Below are positions 10,710-20,776 of a stretch of 64,000 nucleotides of DNA, piece by piece. The stretch spans positions 480,001 to 544,000 of the forward strand of contig CAVPBK010000006.1 of NCBI GenBank assembly GCA_963701855.1, written 5' to 3'. Source of the stretch: Nitrospirota bacterium. GTDB lineage: Bacteria; Nitrospirota; Nitrospiria; Nitrospirales; Nitrospiraceae. The notes beneath the pieces are model-generated. The model did not search any database, was not told the DNA's origin, and worked only from the letters and a program-made list of their open reading frames with translations. Every line of letters begins with the position of its first letter. The stretch's first letter is position 1. A program made the position numbers and the translations under genes.

Positions 10710-10917
10710 CTGCTGCCACGGGTTCTGAGGGTTGGCAGGAGGGAAGACCGCCGGAGGCGCGGAGCCCCGCCGAAGCTCGACCTGGAGGTAAGCGGAAACT
10801 GACTGAGTCTGTGAAGGAATTTCAGAAGGTGTTCTGCCTCTCCGATCCTGTGGGGTCGCACCGGGAGATATGAAAGCCAGGCAGGCGGATGTATGGAAAG
10901 ATGGAGAGGCAGTGCAG
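10710..10917 (-). repeat. Family C element, degenerate copy 2 (inner hairpin absent)
   Basis: Minus strand CCTTCTGAAATTCCTTCAcagacTCAGTCAGTTTCCGCTT at 10829-10790, with upstream CTCCCGGTGCGACCCC; outer limits approximate. Confidence 0.65.
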
Positions 10918-10937
10918 GTTCAGCATTGCTGGGTGCA

Positions 10938-11681
10938 TTACCGTTTCGTCCGCACCTTGGCTACAAGTTCTTTGAGGCTCGTCAATTCAAGCGCGCCTTG
11001 ATACATTTCACCGCCTACAACAAACCCCGGCGTTCCCGAAATACCAAGAAGCTTGGCCAGCGCATGATTACGATCGATCGCAACTTGCCATTCCGGCGCA
11101 CGCAGATCCGCCTCGAGCTTCTTGACGTCCAATCCGACTCGCTGGGCAATTGCGAAGACTTCTTCCGTGGTCAGCTCATTGTCCGATGCCAGCATCGCCT
11201 CATGGAACGCTTGGTGTTTACCTTGTTTCCGAGCGGCTAACGCAGCGCGAGCCCCAAAGACCGAGGTTTCCCCCAAAATGGGATAATCTTTGTACACCAC
11301 CCGCACGCCTGGCTCGTCTTTTTGCAATTGCGTCACGGCACTTGCGACCCGCTTGCAGTAGCCACAGCGATAGTCAAAAAACTCGATCACGGTCACATCT
11401 CCATTCAGATTGCCGCTGACGGGAGAAGCCGGATCTCGGAGCAACTCCTCTTGGTGTGTCGCAATCGCCTGCCTGACCCGCACTGCTTCATCCTCTTGGC
11501 GCTTGACCTCATATGCTTGCAAGGATTGCATAATGACCTCGGGATGCGAACGAATATACTGCTCAATGGCCTGGTCTAGTGCAGGCTGTGCGGGAGCCAA
11601 TGACGGTTCGGCCCTTGCAGAAAGTATCGGGCCAACAGCAAGGACGGTCGCACTGAATACGAGGACAGCACGAAGTTTCAT
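10938..11681 (-). CDS. DsbA family (Com1-like) periplasmic thiol-disulfide oxidoreductase
   Basis: Signal peptide, HPEVI helical extension, EFFDYRCGYC, GTP cis-Pro loop; GGAG RBS before the ATG at 11681. Confidence 0.9.
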   Translation of the reverse strand: MKLRAVLVFSATVLAVGPILSARAEPSLAPAQPALDQAIEQYIRSHPEVIMQSLQAYEVKRQEDEAVRVRQAIATHQEELLRDPASPVSGNLNGDVTVIEFFDYRCGYCKRVASAVTQLQKDEPGVRVVYKDYPILGETSVFGARAALAARKQGKHQAFHEAMLASDNELTTEEVFAIAQRVGLDVKKLEADLRAPEWQVAIDRNHALAKLLGISGTPGFVVGGEMYQGALELTSLKELVAKVRTKR

Positions 11682-12184
11682 GGTATCTCCATTAATAGGC
11701 TCGTTCAAAAACGGCAAGAACACCCCAATCGATTCGTACCAATCATACCGCAAGGCTTCACCCGATAGACAGCGAAGGCTCACCAGGTTTACGCCTCTAC
11801 GTATCCTCCATCAAACAATCATTATTTTCCAGAAAATATCGCCGTGGAAACAAATAAGGACATTCTAATTTCCCTGACGTCTCAGCGGGCTGTCGGAGGC
11901 GAAGGTCACCGAAGGCATGGGAACTAGACGAGACTCAATCAGACCAAGAATTGAAGAAATACGGTATGGTGCTATGGTGGGGAGTCTGGCGAGACGAGCG
12001 GCTCCAGACGGTTGATCAGCTCAGGGATGTCATGGCTCACAATCTTCTACCCCCAGCTCGTGCAGCCTACTTGTGTAGTTTTGTATGTGCCTCTCTCAAT
12101 AGGATGATGTCTGACACCTTCCCTTCACCCCTCACGTGCAGGCTTCTTTTACTTGAGGGACGGTTTGGGCGTATCCTGCCAGTC

Positions 12185-12751
12185 ATGAAACGGTGGTATC
12201 TGTATCTGATCGCTGTGCCCCTTGGGTTAGCAATATTGCTTTACCTTGTCGGATTGAACTTTTCAGTTAATTTCACCGACATGTGGAGTAAGGGGCCTCA
12301 ATCAAAGAACATGCAACGCGATGTCGGAAAGACTCCGGAGGAGAATGCAGTCCCGAAAGAGGCGCTGAGGCTACGGCGCAAGCATCAGCTGAGACCGCTG
12401 ACTGAACGGGAAGAGGGAATAAAAATAGAAGAATTGCCGGATGGAATATACGGTTTCTCAATGTGCAGCGTCGTCGCGTTACGCGCGACGCGTGGCAACA
12501 CATTCTCGTTAGAGATTCAGAAGCATGATGGGATCATTTTCTATGTTGGGTATGCCTCTGACGAGGACATAGAGAAATATCTGACTCGTCAAAAAAACTT
12601 TCATATCCTCACGTCTCCTTACCCAAGGAAAGGAGCGTCATCCCTATTCGAAATCCCCATCGAGTTTATCTCGAAATGCGAGGAGCGTACTGAGGGAGAT
12701 GGGTATCTTTTTAATCTGTTTATTACCACTATCCCCGAGTTGCAGATATAA
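12185..12751 (+). CDS. Hypothetical membrane-anchored protein
   Basis: ORF with an N-terminal TM helix starting MKRWYLYL; no recognised family. Confidence 0.65.
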   Translation: MKRWYLYLIAVPLGLAILLYLVGLNFSVNFTDMWSKGPQSKNMQRDVGKTPEENAVPKEALRLRRKHQLRPLTEREEGIKIEELPDGIYGFSMCSVVALRATRGNTFSLEIQKHDGIIFYVGYASDEDIEKYLTRQKNFHILTSPYPRKGASSLFEIPIEFISKCEERTEGDGYLFNLFITTIPELQI

Positions 12752-12858
12752 GTAGGTGTGGTCCAGGGCAGCCGCCGCAGGCGGTGATTGGTTGTATGTT
12801 AGCTCACCCCTTAATGACGATGGTCAACCTACTCATTCGTTAGGAGTCGAGGCTCTTC

Positions 12859-13149
12859 ATGGGCGGCTTTCTCGCGCTGGTGCTGGCAATCGGAATCGTC
12901 CTCGGTGCGCACAAGTTATGTGATCTGATTGGAGCGCCACTATGGTTCGCAAAGTTTTTGTTCATCAGCGCGTCTCTCGCCACCACCTACTTTTTCGCGG
13001 AAGAGGTCGTTCCCAACAAGCCTTGGGGTATTTGGCTCGCGATGCTCGGTGCAGCAACTGGAATAATCCCTGTAGGGTTCATTGTGTTTAAACACATCGA
13101 AGACGACGACAGGAAAACACGGGACTTTTCTCGACACCATTCAGATTAG
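12859..13149 (+). CDS. Small hypothetical membrane protein (3 TM)
   Basis: Hydrophobic ORF with RBS-like GGAG/GAGG; flanked by GTTAGGA and GTCTAAC. Confidence 0.6.
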   Translation: MGGFLALVLAIGIVLGAHKLCDLIGAPLWFAKFLFISASLATTYFFAEEVVPNKPWGIWLAMLGAATGIIPVGFIVFKHIEDDDRKTRDFSRHHSD

Positions 13150-13323
13150 ACCGCACAACAAGAAATGGGTCTAACATGAGTGACGATCCCACTCTTGTCA
13201 TCCACGACCCGCGTTGTTCCGAGCCATCTGCTCTTGGAGTTCCAATCCATGACTCGTTTTTGATTCACTCAAGGTGTGGTAAGGTAGAACCCACCGGTGG
13301 GGTTGTGAGTATCTGAGACTTCT

Positions 13324-14526
13324 ATGAGATCAACGAACTTCGCTCCTCTCGACCTTTCCGATTACGAGATCTCGCCTGAGCAGGGTTTTCTCCCGAAGGA
13401 CCCACTTGAAAGCATTCCAGACTTTCCGGCTCTCACCCATCTTGGGCATGAGTTGCCGAAACTGCTGAGTGCTCGGACGGTCCGGCGGTTCATCGATGAG
13501 CAACGCCAGCTGCTTCCATCCATCCCCACAACGTGGAGCACGGAAGACTGTCGGGCTGCGATGCGAATACTTTCGTTCGCCGGGCATGCCTATGTATGGG
13601 AAGTGCCGGACCAGCCGGTTGCGACATTGCCGCCACAATTGGCGAAACCCTGGCATGAAGTGGCCCAGCGACTTGACCGACCGCCAGTGCTCTCCTACGC
13701 GTCCTATGCCCTCGATAACTGGCGGCGGCTCGACAAGACCAAGCCGATTCAGCTCGACAACATTGTGCTGCTCCAAAATTTTCTCGGTGGTTTGGATGAA
13801 GAATGGTTTGTCGTGGTCCACATCCAGATCGAGAGGGAAGCGGGGCCAGGGCTGGCCGGGCTCCTGCGCGCAATGAGCGGCGCGGCCGAAGATAAGGAGG
13901 GCGAGGTCTTGCTTGGACTCAAATCCTTGGCGTCAGCCCAAACGGCGATGCGCGCCACGTTGCTCAGGATGAAAGAGCGCTGCGATCCTTATGTATACTA
14001 CAACCGCGTGCGCCCCTACATTCACGGCTGGAAGAACAGCCCTTCCTTACCCAACGGGCTCATCTATGAGGGTGTGAAGTCCTATGCCGGGCAGCCGCAG
14101 CAGTTTCGAGGCGAGACCGGCGCGCAAAGCTCCATCGTGCCCTGTCTCGACGCCGGACTCGGAATCGCCCATGCTCCTGACCCCTTGACTCTGTATTTAC
14201 AAGAGATGCGCGACTACATGCCCCCGCGCCACCGCGCATTTCTAGAGACCCTAGAGAAGGCTACTGACGATCTTGGTCGTCCGTTTCTCGCCGGCTATGT
14301 TCGCGATCGGAAACTCCGCACCCCCGATCTCTGGACTGCCTATGGCACCTGCGTCGATCTCCTTGCACAGTTTCGTGAGGTCCACATCGGCTACGCCGAC
14401 AGTTACATCCACCGCCAGCATCAATCCCATGCCAGCAATCCCACGGCCGTGGGAACGGGCGGCACACCCTTCATGCAGTACCTCCAAAAGCACCTGGATG
14501 AAACGAAGCAGGCGATCATCGGGTAA
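13324..14526 (+). CDS. Indoleamine 2,3-dioxygenase family heme protein
   Basis: GFLP, PPVLSYASY..DNW, RPYIHGW, GETGAQSS, MRDYMP..HR, proximal-His region HIGYADSYI, GTGGT. Confidence 0.9.
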   Translation: MRSTNFAPLDLSDYEISPEQGFLPKDPLESIPDFPALTHLGHELPKLLSARTVRRFIDEQRQLLPSIPTTWSTEDCRAAMRILSFAGHAYVWEVPDQPVATLPPQLAKPWHEVAQRLDRPPVLSYASYALDNWRRLDKTKPIQLDNIVLLQNFLGGLDEEWFVVVHIQIEREAGPGLAGLLRAMSGAAEDKEGEVLLGLKSLASAQTAMRATLLRMKERCDPYVYYNRVRPYIHGWKNSPSLPNGLIYEGVKSYAGQPQQFRGETGAQSSIVPCLDAGLGIAHAPDPLTLYLQEMRDYMPPRHRAFLETLEKATDDLGRPFLAGYVRDRKLRTPDLWTAYGTCVDLLAQFREVHIGYADSYIHRQHQSHASNPTAVGTGGTPFMQYLQKHLDETKQAIIG

Positions 14527-14797
14527 CCCGGCATTACCTGGTCGGTCGTTGACTTACTTTCTCTCCCAGCCTACCGTTTTCTCCATCTCCAATTGGGGAC
14601 AGGGACTGGAGCAGACAGCGAATTGAAGAAACAAGTGCATTCTGAATTTTCTGCTGTCGCAGGCTGTGGGTGTTGGGTAGATCAGGAGCAGGGGTGACAG
14701 GCCCGCTCCGATGTTCTGCAAAACACGTCGTTTTTCTTTCCGGATAGGAAAACCCATGCTAGGGTGAGGGCACAGTTCTGATTAATGGAGGGCTATC

Positions 14798-15169
14798 ATG
14801 CTCGAAACTATCGTCGTTGCCGCTGCATTGTTCGTCTGCCCTGGCGGGGTCTATACCGATACACCCCGTGCCGGTTGTCACCCGCTTCAAGAGTCTAATA
14901 AGGAAGGCTTTAGCACGATTCAGGAGGCGCCGGAGTTCAATTCAAAGTCGCCAGCTCCCGTAACAAGCGATGCCGAAAGACCAACGAGAGAGACGCAGTC
15001 TCGCCTTCCCGCAGCATCAGCCAAGGAATGTGCGATGTACGAGGAATGGGTCACATTGTCCACCAAATCGAGCAGTATCGGAGCCCGGGATCTCTCGCCG
15101 GGAGAATATGAGCGGTGGACAAACCTCAAGCAGGTCTTCGGGAACAGTCCACCTCCTAACTGTCGCTAA
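14798..15169 (+). CDS. Hypothetical exported protein
   Basis: GGAGG RBS, short hydrophobic N-terminus, four Cys. Confidence 0.7.
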   Translation: MLETIVVAAALFVCPGGVYTDTPRAGCHPLQESNKEGFSTIQEAPEFNSKSPAPVTSDAERPTRETQSRLPAASAKECAMYEEWVTLSTKSSSIGARDLSPGEYERWTNLKQVFGNSPPPNCR

Positions 15170-15304
15170 CAATCCACTGTTTTCCCCAATGCTCAGCCAT
15201 CGCTCGGCCACATCTAGCTGGGCCCCTCTTCATTCATCCCCCTCGTGAAAACGTTTCTAGCTCACTTCCGTCCGGCCTGGATCCCAGCCGTGAAAGAGTG
15301 GTCG

Positions 15305-15333
15305 TTGACTACGTTTCCCCAGTAGCGTAGCGT
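15305..15333 (+). promoter_or_regulatory. Putative sigma70 promoter for the small ORF at 15366
   Basis: TTGACT-N17-TAGCGT. Confidence 0.45.
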
Positions 15334-15365
15334 ATCATTTCACTCAACTCAAAAGGAGGCCAACA

Positions 15366-15491
15366 ATGGCGATCATGTGCTCCCTGGCGGTCTGTAAGGC
15401 ACAGGCAGGGCTGTGCGGTCATGAGAAGGCGATGCTGAGCGTCGTTCTGCTCGCGGCCATCGGCTTTGGCACCTATTTCCTGATCGGCTGA
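15366..15491 (+). CDS. 41-aa small membrane protein with a Cys3His motif (not in the ORF track)
   Basis: AAGGAGG RBS 6 nt before the ATG; MAIMCSLAVCKAQAGLCGHEKAMLSVVLLAAIGFGTYFLIG. Confidence 0.7.
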   Translation: MAIMCSLAVCKAQAGLCGHEKAMLSVVLLAAIGFGTYFLIG

Positions 15492-15604
15492 CCAGAGGAG
15501 ATAAAACGAATCCCGTCCACCATGCTCACCTGAGCGTGAGCTGTGCAATAGGATTGGCAGCAAAATAAATCTTGGGGATTGCGGTCTAACAGAAGGCTAA
15601 TCTT

Positions 15605-15732
15605 GCAGGATGCTCAAAATGACCGTCCAGCAAGGCCGCAGGCGAATTGAAACCGGAGGCGTACCCTTCAGGGGTACGTTGAGGATTTCGATGAGTCGAG
15701 AACGAAGCTGGCGGGCTTTTTCAGCATCCTGC
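15605..15732 (-). mobile_element. Family A MITE core copy
   Basis: TIRs GCAGGATGCTCAAAA / TTTTTCAGCATCCTGC; 1 nt from the stop codon of the radical SAM gene. Confidence 0.85.
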
Positions 15733-15733
15733 T

Positions 15734-17368
15734 CTAGCGGCTGTGGACCATCGGCAACTCGCGCAACCCTTCTGCTTCCTGTTGAATGCGTAACCGTTCC
15801 AGCCGCGACTCTTCCATCACGCTGTGGAGCATTTCATCCGTCATCTGGGTCATCTGCGCCGCCGCGTCTTTCATCTCGCCATGCTCGACGGCGCGGGACA
15901 GCACTTCAGCCTTCGTAGCGCCTTTCTTTTGTCCCAGAAACGGCTTGATGATAATGTAGGCCACATCCCGCGCCGGCATGAAACGGAGAAACCGCCGTAG
16001 CAGCCGGAACGTCTGGATGGGATAGTGCAGAAGCTTGTACACGAACAGGCGCTTGAGCCCTTGACGGCGAACCTCATTGATCACTTCTCCAGGCAAGCAG
16101 GTCGGATCGATCGTGGAGCATTTGAAATACTTGTACCAATCGGTGGTTTCGTTGACCAATCCACGCTTTACATATTCTTGCCAAAGCGGAGTTCCCCGAT
16201 ACACACAGAGCCGATTAAAACCGAACGTATCGAGCGGCAGCTTGGAAGCCAAGTCGAACGTCGCGTTCATATCTTCGACCGTTTCATCTGGGTTGCCCAC
16301 AGTGAAGAATCCGTGCACGATCTCGATGCCGGCCTTCTTGGCGTTCGTGACAGCAGTGGCCACTTCTTCCAACGTCTGTTCCTTCTTAAGGCGATCGAGA
16401 ATCTTCTGACTCCCGCTTTCAATCCCGAACATCACCGTCCGGCAATGGGCCTTGGCCATGGCAGGAAACAAGTGCTGGGCAACCGAGTCCACCCGCCCTT
16501 CGATACCCCATTGGATCGAGAGTTTCGCGTCCATCACACCTTGGCAAATCGCCTCGATCCGCTTGGGTTGCAGCAGAAAATGGTCGTCAACAAAATAAAC
16601 GGACCCGTAGCCGCATTCTTCGAGATACTTGAGTTCCTTCACCACATGCTGAGCGCTCCGCGCGCGCCACTTACCTTCGTTGAAGATCGGAATATCGCAG
16701 AACACACAGGGCCACGGACAGCCGCGTGAAGTTTGCATCGTCGTGAACCGCTCCATCGAAAGCACCGCAGGCACATCGAGCGGCATTGATTCTATAAAGT
16801 CGAGCGGAAGGCCTTCACGGTCGGGGAACGGCCACTGATCGAGATGGCGTTCCATCGGCCGACCGGAGTTCTGCACGACCCGGCCGTCCTTGGCCCAGGT
16901 CAGCCCCGCGACATCGGCTGGGTCATCGATCCGTTCGAGCAGGTCGAGGAGCAACTGTTCGCCGTCTCCCTTACAGATGAAATTTACTTCAGGGCACTGC
17001 AGTTTGACCAATGCGGCATTCAAACTCGCAAACACTCCTCCAAAGGCCAATTTGACCTTCGAATTGGCGGCGCGAATCTGGCGGGCCAGGATCTTCGCAT
17101 AGGGATAGCTGGTGGTACTGAGAAAACTGAGGCCGACCAGAACCGGTTGTTGCCGATTGATTTCTTCGAGGATGACCTCGTTAGGCGTGTCGGGGTTTGC
17201 CTGATCGAACATCACACACTCGTGGCCCGCCTGCTTGAGCACCGACGAGAGCGACATGATGCCGATGGGCGGGAAGCCCATCACTCGAATGCGGCCGTTC
17301 TTTGCGCGTGTTTTAGCCGGAAGGGCGTAGAACTGTGGGTCGCGAACGTGGATCAGAAATATGCGCAC
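15734..17368 (-). CDS. B12-binding domain radical SAM protein
   Basis: PPIGIMSLSSVL B12-binding-type N-terminus; TSRGCPWPCVFC; GIESGSQKIL. Confidence 0.9.
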   Translation of the reverse strand: MRIFLIHVRDPQFYALPAKTRAKNGRIRVMGFPPIGIMSLSSVLKQAGHECVMFDQANPDTPNEVILEEINRQQPVLVGLSFLSTTSYPYAKILARQIRAANSKVKLAFGGVFASLNAALVKLQCPEVNFICKGDGEQLLLDLLERIDDPADVAGLTWAKDGRVVQNSGRPMERHLDQWPFPDREGLPLDFIESMPLDVPAVLSMERFTTMQTSRGCPWPCVFCDIPIFNEGKWRARSAQHVVKELKYLEECGYGSVYFVDDHFLLQPKRIEAICQGVMDAKLSIQWGIEGRVDSVAQHLFPAMAKAHCRTVMFGIESGSQKILDRLKKEQTLEEVATAVTNAKKAGIEIVHGFFTVGNPDETVEDMNATFDLASKLPLDTFGFNRLCVYRGTPLWQEYVKRGLVNETTDWYKYFKCSTIDPTCLPGEVINEVRRQGLKRLFVYKLLHYPIQTFRLLRRFLRFMPARDVAYIIIKPFLGQKKGATKAEVLSRAVEHGEMKDAAAQMTQMTDEMLHSVMEESRLERLRIQQEAEGLRELPMVHSR

Positions 17369-17870
17369 ATCGATCTCCAGGTGCGAAATGAATCACACGC
17401 TGCACCCATTACGATCCCGCTACGGTATTTCCCGGCTAAGCCAATAGCGGACCCTGTTTTACAAGTCCTAGTTCGGGATTCTTCGAGGAAATAAAAATGG
17501 TGAAACGATCGCCGGTTCCGAAAAAAGCGCGCTCTCTGGTTTCTAACCTGCAGTACGGCTGCGGGAGAGATTTCAGGGAAGGGAAGAATCCAGATATCGT
17601 TGATAACGTAACACGATTAGACGTGAAGAGATAGGAAATACCATCGCGATTCCATCCCACTTCAGCCATGGGATCTTCCCACATGAACCATACTAAAATG
17701 ATAGGCCTAACGAACATCCACAGTGCGAGGAGGCCAAGAATATCGATGGGCCTTTGCAAAATAGCCAAAAAATGCCAGAAAAGAGCATGGAAAACTGGTC
17801 AATATTGCTCACATTTGAGAAATTGATGCGGCGGGAGGCAGGAGAAGATTAGAAGGCTGAAGTCCGAGGG

Positions 17871-18527
17871 CTAATCAAGCAGGGCGATATTGAGGAGAGA
17901 GCTGCGAACGCGCAATCCGCCATTGTAATCGATGAAGCCAAGTTTCCTGAACTTATTCAGAAAAAAACTGACTCGTGATCGCGTGGTGCCAATCATATCG
18001 GCCAGAGTTTCCTGGCTGATCTTCGGAATAATGAGTTCTTCCACTTTGCTTTCTTTCCCAAAATGGGCGAGCAACAACAGAATTCGAGCCAGCCGTTTTT
18101 CGCTGGAGTTAAAGAGTTGATCCACCAGGTCTGCTTCAATTCTTATGTTACGAGACAGGAGATGGGATATGAACAGTTCGGCGAATGTGGGCTCTTCGCG
18201 AAGTATGCGGACCATCGCAGCTTTGTCGATGCGCATGATCGTAGACTCGTCCAAGGCAGTTGCAGAGGCAGTGCGCACTAGTTGCCCGGTGAGACAAGAT
18301 TCGCCGAAAAATTCCCCTTGCCCTAGAATCGCAATGACGGCTTCTTTGCCTTTAGAAGAGAGCACGGTCAGTTTGACCTTGCCGTCCAGGAGATAGAATA
18401 CGGCATCTGCCGTTTCTCCTTGCGAAAACAACGCCTGCCTCTTTCGGCACTTCAGAATATTTTTTCCGCCATCGACCTTTGTCAGGAAGGTCTTGGGGTC
18501 AAACAGCGTGGCGCGTTTGCGTCCCAT
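17871..18527 (-). CDS. Crp/Fnr family transcriptional regulator
   Basis: cNMP-binding fold (GEFFGE...R.ASA) and C-terminal HTH SQETLADMIGTTRSRVS; GAGG RBS. Confidence 0.92.
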   Translation of the reverse strand: MGRKRATLFDPKTFLTKVDGGKNILKCRKRQALFSQGETADAVFYLLDGKVKLTVLSSKGKEAVIAILGQGEFFGESCLTGQLVRTASATALDESTIMRIDKAAMVRILREEPTFAELFISHLLSRNIRIEADLVDQLFNSSEKRLARILLLLAHFGKESKVEELIIPKISQETLADMIGTTRSRVSFFLNKFRKLGFIDYNGGLRVRSSLLNIALLD

Positions 18528-18555
18528 GCGAACTTCCTCTCTAGTTGATGACCTG

Positions 18556-19428
18556 TCAGCGGCCCAGGGCCAGTTTGACGGTGGCGCCGAGTTCGGCGGG
18601 ATTTCGGCAGACCCGCACACCAGCCGCTTCGAGCGCTTTCATCTTCTCCGTCGCGGTGCCCTTTCCACCTGAAATGATCGCACCGGCATGGCCCATGCGG
18701 CGCCCTGGCGGAGCCGTGATTCCGGCAATGAAGCTGATGACCGGCTTTTTGACGTTCTTTTTGATGAACTCAGCGGCTTTTTCTTCCGCATCGCCACCGA
18801 TCTCGCCGATCATCACGATCGCCTGAGTCTCAGGATCTTTCTCGAACAACGCCAGTACATCGACGAAGCCTGTGCCATTGACCGGATCGCCCCCGATGCC
18901 GACACATGTCGTTTCACCTAACCCAAGCGTCGTGAGTTGATGCACGGCTTCGTAAGTCAGGGTTCCACTGCGTGACACGACGCCCACCACACCCTTCTTA
19001 TGAATGAAGCCAGGCATAATGCCGATCTTCGCTTCATCGACCGTAATCACGCCGGGACAGTTAGGTCCGATCAATCGGACATCCTTGCCATGGAGTGCAC
19101 GCTTGACCTTGACCATGTCATTGACCGGAATGCCTTCGGTAATACAGATCACGAGCTTGATCCCGGCATCGGCAGCTTCCAGGATTGCATCAGCACAAAA
19201 CGGCGGGGGCACAAAGATCAGCGAGGTGTCGCACTGAGTCTTCTTCACAGCATCGCGCACCGTATTAAAAACCGGAATACCCTCAACTTCCTGCCCCGCC
19301 TTGCCTGGCGTCACACCCGCAACAACCTGCGTCCCATAGGCCTTGCACTGCGCAGCATGGAACGAGCCTTCCTTGCCTGTAATCCCCTGCACCACCACCC
19401 GCGTATTCTTATTAACGAGAATGCTCAC
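18556..19428 (-). CDS. sucD: Succinyl-CoA ligase alpha subunit
   Basis: [20 protein letters not shown], phospho-His motif RMGHAGA. Confidence 0.99.
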   Translation of the reverse strand: MSILVNKNTRVVVQGITGKEGSFHAAQCKAYGTQVVAGVTPGKAGQEVEGIPVFNTVRDAVKKTQCDTSLIFVPPPFCADAILEAADAGIKLVICITEGIPVNDMVKVKRALHGKDVRLIGPNCPGVITVDEAKIGIMPGFIHKKGVVGVVSRSGTLTYEAVHQLTTLGLGETTCVGIGGDPVNGTGFVDVLALFEKDPETQAIVMIGEIGGDAEEKAAEFIKKNVKKPVISFIAGITAPPGRRMGHAGAIISGGKGTATEKMKALEAAGVRVCRNPAELGATVKLALGR

Positions 19429-19480
19429 AATGCCCTCTTCTTTCTTCCTCTCGCTCCCTCATGGCTAGAAAGCTTCCCCA

Positions 19481-19580
19481 GGAGAGCGACAGGGTTGAGG
19501 CCCTGACTGCGGCCGTCGAGCGAGCACAGTTTCACCGTGCGCGCTCCGGGAGCAAAAGGGACTTAACCCTGTCGCTCCCC
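19481..19580 (-). repeat. Family B hairpin element, copy 2
   Basis: 24-bp closing IR GGAGAGCGACAGGGTTGAGGCCCT / AGGGACTTAACCCTGTCGCTCCCC around the conserved core; 5 nt after the sucC stop. Confidence 0.85.
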
Positions 19581-19585
19581 ACTCT

Positions 19586-20764
19586 TCATGCCGCTTTTCC
19601 AGTCAACTTCACAATTTTTTGTGCCGCCTCCCACAAATCGTTCGCCACTTCCAACTTCAGTCCAGACTCGGCCAACAGCTTACGGCCTTCATCCGCATTG
19701 GTCCCCTGCAGTCTGACGACCAACGGCACGTTGATCTTCACTTCTTTAGCCGCTTCAATCACACCGTGGGCAATCCGCTCGCAACGAACGATGCCACCGA
19801 AGATATTGATGAAGATGCCCTTGACGTTCGGATCTTTGAGCAGAATCCGGAAGCCGGCCGCCACGGTTTCTTTCGTCGCGCCGCCACCCACATCCAGAAA
19901 ATTCGCCGGCTCACTGCCAGCCAGCTTGATGACATCCATCGTCGCCATGGCAAGGCCCGCGCCGTTCACCATGCAGCCAATATTGCCGTCGAGCTTGATA
20001 TAGTTCAGGTTATTTTCTCCCGCTTCGATCTCGAGCGGATCTTCTTCGTTGAGGTCACGCATCTGCTGCACATCGGCATGCCGGAACAGCGCGCTATCGT
20101 CGAACGAGACCTTGCCGTCCAATGCGATGAGTTTCTTGTCGCTGGTGATGACCAGCGGATTGATCTCGACCATGGCCGCGTTCTTGTCCATAAACAGGCG
20201 ATAGAGGTTCCCGAGCATCTGAATAAAGGGATTCACGACGGCCGGTTCCATGGCAGGAAGCCCAAGCGCAAAGGCGACATTTCGCCCGTTGTACGATTGA
20301 AACCCGACAGCCGGGTCGATCGCCTCCCGGATGATCTTCTCCGGCTTATGGGCGGCGACTTCTTCGATCTCCATCCCGCCTTCGGTACTCGCGATAAACA
20401 CAGGCCACCCGCTGTCCCGATCCACGAGGAGGCTTACATACAATTCCTTGGCAATTGCGGCCCCCTCTTCGATCAACAACCGTCGCACTTCCCGCCCCTT
20501 TGGACCCGTTTGGTGGGTAATAAGGGTCTTACCGATCAGTTCCTTGACCAGGCCGGGAATGGCCGCCTTGTCCTTTGTAATCTTGACGCCACCGGCCTTG
20601 CCTCGGCCTCCTGCGTGGATCTGCGCCTTGACGACAAACACCGGGGTATTGAGCTCTGTGGCCCATGTTGCTCCCGCCTCTGGCGAGGTGATCTCTCTCC
20701 CGCGCGGGACCGGAACTCCGAATTGTCCGAACAACTGCTTCGCCTGAAACTCATGAACGTTCAT
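19586..20764 (-). CDS. sucC: Succinyl-CoA ligase beta subunit
   Basis: MNVHEFQAK, KAQIHAGGRGKAGGV, NGAGLAMAT, ANFLDVGGGA. Confidence 0.99.
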   Translation of the reverse strand: MNVHEFQAKQLFGQFGVPVPRGREITSPEAGATWATELNTPVFVVKAQIHAGGRGKAGGVKITKDKAAIPGLVKELIGKTLITHQTGPKGREVRRLLIEEGAAIAKELYVSLLVDRDSGWPVFIASTEGGMEIEEVAAHKPEKIIREAIDPAVGFQSYNGRNVAFALGLPAMEPAVVNPFIQMLGNLYRLFMDKNAAMVEINPLVITSDKKLIALDGKVSFDDSALFRHADVQQMRDLNEEDPLEIEAGENNLNYIKLDGNIGCMVNGAGLAMATMDVIKLAGSEPANFLDVGGGATKETVAAGFRILLKDPNVKGIFINIFGGIVRCERIAHGVIEAAKEVKINVPLVVRLQGTNADEGRKLLAESGLKLEVANDLWEAAQKIVKLTGKAA

Positions 20765-20776
20765 CTCAATCCTTTC

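Noticed and set aside
10389..10802. 137-aa plus-strand ORF
   Set aside because: No recognisable motif or RBS, and its 3' part runs into a family C repeat
17436..17768. 110-aa minus-strand ORF with a hydrophobic N-terminus
   Set aside because: TTG start without an RBS and no family features; it could be a relic but is unsupported
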